From Tubulanus polymorphus (lineage: Eukaryota > Animalia > Nemertea): a stretch of DNA of 64,000 bases. Below are positions 56,312 to 64,000 of the stretch, piece after piece; the first letter of the stretch is position 1; every line of letters starts with the position of its first letter. The notes beneath the pieces are model-generated. The model made no database searches, was not told the DNA's origin, and was given only the letters and a program-made list of their open reading frames with translations. The stretch spans positions 5,665,950 through 5,729,949 of the forward strand of contig NC_134026.1 of assembly GCF_964204645.1 (NCBI RefSeq), given 5' to 3'. The position numbers and the translations under genes were made by a program.

Positions 56312-58049
56312 ATGTCGCGAAGTTCACAATATTCAGACGACGTTCCGACTCGTACAAGCCGTCTTGATGAGGTAAGTTTTTTTTTTTTCGAAAAATAAAT
56401 CTTTTCTAGCTGAATTAGTTTTTTTCTAATGAAGCGGAAATCTATTCAACAATCATGAACTTCTATCTACATTTTTCCCTAGATCTTGTCTTCTTTTACG
56501 TATGAAATGCCTTTACGAAAAAATTCAAATGAATTCTTTAACCATTGGTGAAACACTATGTCTGGGTTGTGATGATAAGGCTATAGAGAATTCCACAATA
56601 ATATAGTTAGATAGATGGATTCCGAAAAGTTTCCTTTAAGCTAATAATTGATTTGACATTTCGATTATAACCTAATAGTCATCTTCAGGAATACTTAATT
56701 CTTTAGTCTATTCAGTATTTCATTCTTTGAATTATTCTTCTCTTTTGATTTTGTGAAAACTTTTCTTAACAACTCATCTGAAGAGAAGACAATGCCTTGG
56801 TATTTTTCAATCAAGATTCTTGTTCATACTTATTGATGAACTTTGTACGAAAAACCAATCTTCGTTGAAATTTCTTTTCTAAATCTAGTCAAATCTTTCA
56901 TTATATATTAATCGATCCTCTTTATTCCTTCCCAATATTATAATAATGTAAATTTAAGAAGGAAAATGACTTAAACTTTGCATGCCTACCGTAATTCTAA
57001 CTCACAACTGAGCTATGATGTTTGCACCATATTGAATTTTAGGCCTACTGATCAATTAACTATTAGAAAAATAAGATTCAGATATCCATAATTTCAGAAT
57101 TGACCATAGGATATATAACATTGTGATTCATGTAAAGTATTTATGCTGTACATGTTTTCTAATTGATGTGTCTTCTGCTTGTGGTGAAAATCCTTCATAA
57201 AATACATTATGATCATAGAACAGCAATTAATTTTCATCGACATTAATTGGGGGTTGAAAATGAGAATGTTATTTCTTCTGATCTTTTTAGAATTCGGTGG
57301 AAATATCGCTGAACGATGATGACGAAGAACGTCCGTCTGGCATCATATACAGATCGGCTCGTAACGACCCGGACGCCGAAGATTTGCCGCTACCCGAATC
57401 AAGACCCGGCGTTCAATTCATAGCGCCGAAAGAGCGCAGCGAACCGCGCGAAGCGCTGCCTACGATTGGCGGTAAAGGCGGCGGCGGAACGTACGTGTTT
57501 CAGACGCCCGCGACGGAAGCCCCGCCCGCCTACGACGATTACGAAGACAGCACCAACTCGCCGAGATTCGGACCGAGATCGCCGCAGCATCACAATCCGT
57601 CACCGCTGATCCAGCAGCCGCCGGTAGATACGCCCGACGCAGCCATGCCGCAACCGCAAAAAGGGCGCGGTCGCGCGAAACAGCACCTGACTCCAACGCT
57701 TCAAACCGAGTCGCAGCCTGTCTCCGTTACTATCAATAAAACTGCCTCTTCTCCGGCTACGGCTGTCGCGAATAATAGCGGTATGAGAGCTGTACAGCCC
57801 GATACGTACTTAGTTTTCTCCATCATTATGTGCGTGTTGTTTTTCCCTCTCGGTATTCCGGCCGTTTTGTGCTCGTTGAATTCCGACAAGGCGTTCAAAC
57901 AGGAGAATAATTCGCGGAAAGCGAAAGAATACGGTCTGTTGGCGTTTTACCTGAACGGTATAGCCGGAATCGCTTTGCTTACCATGATTTTGGTCATACT
58001 TATCATGGTTTTCCTTCCAGGGGCTACTGGGTTGATGGTTGTTATTTAA
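56312..58049 (+). CDS. CD225/dispanin family protein A (PRRT1/IFITM-like), about 272 aa
   Basis: Exons 56312-56371 and 57291-58049; proline-rich N-terminus with PPAY; C-terminal PDTYLVFSIIMCVLFFPLGIPAVLCS..AKEYGLLAFYLNGIAG, two hydrophobic segments. Confidence 0.8.
56538..56695 (-). repeat. Penelope-like repeat with degenerate hammerhead
   Basis: Minus strand CCTGAAGATGACTATTAGGTTATAATCGAAATGTC; stem II and helix III carry mismatches; family members at 16615 and 54075 retain GTTTCGACT. Confidence 0.5.
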
Positions 58050-58363
58050 TCAACTTTTCTCTAAAAAGAATTATCGTCGATTGTGCTAAAATCTACAAGT
58101 ATGATTTGATATAAAGCCATTAATTGTTAGGAATTACTTATCAAACATTTTTTGTCGGTTCTTTTCCAGTTTTTTTTTTTACAGACCAAAAGAAGCCCAC
58201 CATTTGATTATAAATATTCTTTTTATACATGCTTTAGTGATATGGAACGTGTGGCTCTTTTATTTTTTATAGAACATTCCATATTAGTAGAAGGTTTTTT
58301 GTCTGAAAATAAAGAAAAAATGATACATGTCTGCAGAGCCTTATCTTTAGTTGAATATATTGG

Positions 58364-58697
58364 TAGGGTTCATAGCAGTCCTTGAATGTCCTGAAAATTT
58401 TGAAATGAGAATTAATTGGTCAATTCAAGGCCTTGAGTATCATGGAATGGGCTCTAAAATCCTTAAATCATTGTCATGATCCTTGAATGGCATCAGTCAT
58501 TAGTTATCATCTGCGTATCCAAGATACTAGTTCACTATTACAGCTCTATCTACCAAGTATAAGAATTCCTGGAAAATGTAGATTTCAGGAATCGTATCTT
58601 AAGCATGAAGACTATGTGTAAATCATGGAATTGGAGGCAAAAATAAGTCCTTGAAAGTCATTAGATGAGATTGGTCATGAACACTCTATGAACCCTG
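58364..58697. mobile_element. (C/T)AGGG-terminus MITE with GTCCTTGAA repeats
   Basis: TAGGGTTCATAG / CTATGAACCCTG. Confidence 0.6.
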
Positions 58698-60571
58698 TAA
58701 CGACATGTTTTTTTACTTGGATCAAACTTGTAGATAGATTCATAGTAAAATTTTGTATGTAGTTTGAGATAAGCCAAAAAGCTGCTGAAAGTGTTGACAG
58801 CAGCACATCTATAAACCAAAGATTGGTAATGCGGGAGGTTTCTATTTTCAAAAAAACTATTTTATTGATGATTCTGCGTAGACATAGCTATAACGCGAAT
58901 TAAGGACGTATAGTTCAACGCTTTTACTAGTGAAGTTATCAGTTGACAAGAATTGTTTACTTACATGATAGGAGGGGAATAATTACTTTAAGAATAATAA
59001 TCCTGGTACATGTTTATGAAATCCTCCTGGTGTGTGGCATATGGTTTCTGGAAATTTAGAATGAATAACATATCTGACTCTGGCATCGTCGAGTAATTTG
59101 CTTATTGCAATCAAACTCAAAAAAATAGATACCGCTACCTCGTTTCTCATTTTTGCTGAGCTTTAAGTTGACCCGGCCGGCCGCCTATCTACCCTGTACA
59201 TTATCTTTTTAAAAAATCATGCTCAAGCTTACAATAACAGACCTGGCGGTTATACTGTAGATATGATCTGATAGCAAATTTTATTTCAATTTACAATAGC
59301 GATAAGGAGAAACAAGGTACAGTTTTATCTCTCAATATGCAACTGACGCTTCTTGGTACTCCTACGTCAGATTTGCTTCGCAGCTGTCGGACTGGGTCTC
59401 GCAGCAAAAATCATATTTCATTGTATCCGATATATCTGTAACTCTTATAGAGTCGAGGTATATACCCGGCTCATATAACATGAATAGGTCCTAACCATAA
59501 ATATCAGAGTTATAATCAGGATTCGGGCTGGCTTAACCAACTTGGACTATAGATATATATATGTATATATGAATTATGAATCAATTTCTCTCTCTGTAAT
59601 TTCATATTTTCATGAGTTTTATGATATAGTATTCATTTATTCTTTCATGAAAAGAAGATTCTAGGAATCGAGTAATCTATTGTTAATCATAAGAAGATAG
59701 CATGATAGAATAGACTAGGCCCTTGCACATTTATGGCCAACTCGGAAAACTGCTGTCCCTCAATGCTTCGTGAGTAAGACACAGTCGTCTTGTCATATCC
59801 GGTTTACTAATTAAGGTATTTATTTCTATAGATTTACTATTACTACGTGATCGTGTAACGCTGTAATTAACCTTTATTTATCATTAATAACAAATCTGTA
59901 AACGGATGTTTTACTGTGTATTTATGCGCGTATATTTTTATCTATCGGTTGTTGGCTAATCGTATTGTTTCGAAAAAAGAATCGCTAACTACCGGTATCG
60001 ACGTTGTCTCACGTGAAGTCGATGTGAAGTGCTGCAGTATATATTAGAGGGTGTAGACTGTGATTTTTACTCTTAATCAAAAAAGAAAAACGATAAACTC
60101 TTCCATTTTATTGTAAATATATATATATATTTGTATATGTACGCGTAGTACAACAACGACTGTTTGCCGGAATTTCGATGAAGTGTAAACTTCATTCATT
60201 CTGTCAGACATCCCCTGAATCGTAAAAACTTTTCAGTAGTGCTCAAACTAGGTTACTGTGGGAATGTCTTATTTTTGATTGAAAATATCCACTCATCGCG
60301 TTAATAAGCCGATAACGAATGTATTTCGATGAAATCTATTTCTGTCTTCGATATTACTAGAGACAATTATGGAATATTGTTATGTGTGTATTTTAATTTA
60401 TGCGGACATCAATCTGTGCGTGGGCCCAAGGAATTTTCGTTAAGAAAATGAATAACAGTCTTCTTTAAAACATCGAAATCGCAGACATGTAAATTCCCCC
60501 CTGCACAGAAAATCAGAACGTCTATACATCACCAAGTAAATGGTGATTATGTATTTGGTGGGTGGATACAA

Positions 60572-60800
60572 GGAAGACCAATGCGGCCAACGATATTTTA
60601 TTTTGAGTTTTAAAATTCAACTTTTCGAGTTACTTAAACTACTTTAAAAAGTCGACTTTTTGACTTAGTAACTCGATCTTCAATGAGTCTGGTTTTCGAC
60701 TTGAAAAATTCGACCGTTTTTAAGTCGAAAAGTCAACTTACCAACTCAAAAAATCGACTTAATAAAACTCAAAATAAAATGCTGGCCACATTGCTCTTCC
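60572..60800. mobile_element. Long-TIR MITE
   Basis: GGAAGACCAATGCGGCCA..ATTTTATTTTGAGTTTT / AAAACTCAAAATAAAAT..TGGCCACATTGCTCTTCC; internal AAGTCGACTT-like repeats. Confidence 0.7.
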
Positions 60801-61316
60801 ATAGGCAGCAGATTGATTCCTGCGTGTATTCATTGTTTTAGCCTGTAGTTTTTACCCGTTATTGTAAATTAGATTAATAATCAATTGTATTCATCAATAT
60901 TGATCGATATTTTGTCAACTTTTTAGATCAATAACTATTGATTAATGCTCATAGCTAGCCATTTTGATGTTCATGTTGAAAGTATTTCGTGAGAAGGAAA
61001 AAGTAAAGTAAAATGTGCTTTGGAACCGGAATCGTTTTGGTGGCCTTATCTGCCGACCAAATATACCTCCTATTCGCTAAAATAGTATAATATATAAGTA
61101 TAATTTAACCAATCGATCCGTATTTATAGGTATTTATACGATATTTGTAAGTTTTATATCAAGTGAAATAAAATGATGTTTATGTATATGATAATACTTC
61201 TATTGTTCATATCTCATTGGTCTTACGTTGATTGGCTGGTCAGATCTTGTTGACGGGAAGTCGTAACCCCAGTGTTAGCGCATCTACGTTCGTTAATTTT
61301 GGGTAGTTTCAACTAA

Positions 61317-61760
61317 CAGGGTTTCCAGCGGTCCTTCCAAGTCCTTCTTTGTCCTTCTTTTGGAAAACGTTTGGGCAAACATCATCTTTGTCCTTCTTTT
61401 TGACTCTAAGTCCTTCCTCTTGATAAAAAAGTCCTTCCAAATTTGATTTTTATGTACTTTTTGTGCGAAATTTTGTCGCGAATTCGACTGTTGAAGTATT
61501 TTCTTACTCAGACCTGGTAATTCAATTGTCAGTAAGATTGAATATACAGGAAAGTGTTATGGAATTACCCTGAAATGTATGACTGGCCTACATGACTAGT
61601 ATTCCGGCAAAGGCATTGCGAAAATGCTCCCTTGTGGGCCCTCATTTTACTGGAAAGTACTTCTTTCCGAGTTCAAAAGTCCCTCCTTTTGGGGCTAAAA
61701 TTGCCGAAAAAGTCCTTATTAGTACTTCAGTTTATCCTGGCCTTACCACTGGAAACCCTG
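61317..61760. mobile_element. CAGGG-terminus MITE with 6-bp TSD
   Basis: CAGGGTTTCCAGCGG / CCACTGGAAACCCTG; AACTAA on both flanks; internal GTCCTTC repeats. Confidence 0.8.
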
Positions 61761-62286
61761 AACTAAGTATATTGAGAAAAAGGTAATTGTTGCATGTACA
61801 TAGAATCGTAATTTTGCTTTTTGGAACTGCGTATATCGAACAAACTTTTTCGGATCATTCTCGTCAATTGGACTAACAAAAACTCACGAATATTCATGTA
61901 TGTTCAGAAAATGTAATAAGCTTTTAATTCTCGTTTAAGACTAAGCAAAATACGCATAAAATATTGATAATAATAAGAGAGTCATAGCAGATATAATACA
62001 AAATATATCAGAACAAACAAATACAATTTACAGCGTTCTATATACAAAAATGATAACAAGACTCAGCAGATAAACGCAGTATTTCGTTCAGTGCTATGTA
62101 TGATCCAAGACTTGGTCGATGTGATGATATTTATATCATCAACTCCAACACGATGTATTTATAAATTTACCAAGGCATGCCATTTGCACTGTTGACATAA
62201 CGGTTTTGAATTTCGTCTTGTCTTGCTCTCACCATTGTGAATATACGATTTACTAAACTTGTCGTTGTTCGCTGTATTTGCAGATT

Positions 62287-63464
62287 ATGTCGAAGAATTA
62301 CAATGTCGTCCCAGGAGCTGAGCCTAATAGCGTAAGTATCCCAACCTCACTCAATTCAAACCTTTTCCTACTTAGGTAACCGTTTTAACATATATATAGT
62401 TCCATAATTGTCTTTTTTTATCAGCAATATCTATTCCATGAAACACTGCCTTAAATACAGTCATATCGGTAAATACAAATAGCATCAATACACAATGAGC
62501 ATAAAGCTCATAGCCTACTAATTGAAAATGGATTTCATTTTGGCGGTAACTTTCAGTAAGGGATTGAATGGACATTCACGTCCGGAAATTACACACAACA
62601 GAAAGTCGGTAACCTCCGGAAGATTTTTCTCCGGAATTTAGCCGGGAATTTCCGGAAGATTACTAGCCCGGGGTCACTGAGATGGATGATGAGATGATGA
62701 CATGAGTAATGAAGTTATATAGTTTAGCCAATTTTGGAAAAGTCACTGAATAAATAAATTCGTGTGAATAGATAGATAGATGAATAAATAAATCCCCCTT
62801 TTCTCTTTATCATCAACAGGACGCAGTTGTCCCGTTAAACGACGATGATGGCCGACCTGGAATTGTCTTCAGGTCCGCCCACAGTGACCCGGATGCTTCC
62901 GATTTGCCGCTTCCAGATTCAACCGAAAAAGTGAAATTCTATGCACCGAAACAACGCGACCCGAACGCAAAAGAACCGGAGTCGTTACCGATGATCGGAG
63001 TGGGTCAAGGTTTACCTCCGCAGTTACAGCCATTAAAAGACGACTCTCCCACTCCGTATCGCGATGTAGTGGAACCCGTGGACAGGCCGGCAAAACCGCA
63101 GCGAGCATCACCGCAGAAATCCCCTCAGCAAAGCGGCGGTTACATCCCCGCCGTGCAACAAACAGGCGATCAGGAACAATACAGTTTATGCGACGAAGTT
63201 CAACTAGCAGTCCACGGCAGCGGTCCGCAAGTTTATCTGATTTTCTCACTCTGTAATCTAATCTTCTGCCCGGTGTTCGGGGTTTTAGGGCTGCTGTGTT
63301 CGCTAACCGCCCTCAGGCACTTTCGCGCTGGAAATAACGCGGAAGGAAAAGAGAAAGCGTCAATGTCGTTTTATCTGAACTGGATCGGAGTGGTCACTAC
63401 ACTAACTATAATTCTTGTCATCGTCATTGTAAACGTGTTACCGCATAAAGTGCTCCTAGTGTAA
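62287..63464 (+). CDS. CD225/dispanin family protein B, tandem paralog, about 229 aa
   Basis: Exons 62287-62331 and 62820-63464; same exon layout as gene A; PQVYLIFSLCNLIFCPVFGVLGLLCS..GKEKASMSFYLNWIGVV. Confidence 0.8.
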
Positions 63465-64000
63465 GAATACCGATATTACTGGTTAAAAAATTACATATAT
63501 ATATTATACAGCGCCTCAGTAGCTCATTGCATTCATTGGGCTGAAGTGAAAATGTATTCTGACAACATTGATATTTCGCGCTTGGTTTTATCCCCATCGC
63601 TGGCAATATTATTAATACTAAGTTTGATAGACAGATATATTAATAATTCGGATGAAGCTTCGTATTTTTTACTGTTTTTGAAATATCGTGAGTTCAATTC
63701 CCCAGTCTAAGGTTTGTTATATTTTCATCCTAACCGGTTCAGAACTGATGTCATCTTTGACTCCGGAATTGGACTTGCCAGAAGAGATTTTGAACCGGAC
63801 AAAAATCTAAAATCGCTACATTAGGCGTAGCAATGTTTGTTATTGCGAAGTTTTTCTAGCTTTAAATTTTGCAATAAAGATGTTCTAGGTGAAGGGAATC
63901 GACCGTTCTATTTTATTAATAATGCTAGTAACGATGTATTTATTGACCTGTTTTGGATGCAGATAAACAAGCAAGATTTATAATATCTTACGTGAACAAC

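Overview
AT-rich, intron-containing animal genomic DNA (invertebrate; lophotrochozoan-like by gene content, which is inference). Hand-spliced with GT-AG sites and frame-consistent exon phases it holds about ten protein genes: a divergent cystinosin (-), NDUFS5 (+, missed by the ORF track), DDX52 (+), a DUF4062-NACHT-WD40 NWD-like protein ending in a CaaX box (+), SLX1 (-), a Shaw/Kv3-like channel (+), an unidentified helical protein (-), an M17 leucine aminopeptidase (+) and two tandem CD225/dispanin genes (+). Non-coding DNA is dense with short non-autonomous DNA transposons (several with clear 3, 6, 7 or 9 bp target-site duplications), a decayed L2/CR1-group LINE, and Penelope-like repeats with hammerhead ribozyme motifs, including an apparently intact minimal hammerhead in the sense strand of the Kv intron. 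Best leads: that hammerhead, the cystinosin lacking its lysosomal signal and two acidic transport residues, the conserved unnamed N-terminal module of the dispanin pair, the CaaX-bearing NWD receptor, and a structured 240-nt GC island with Pol III boxes. No prokaryotic or CRISPR features. All family assignments come from motif recognition, not database searches.
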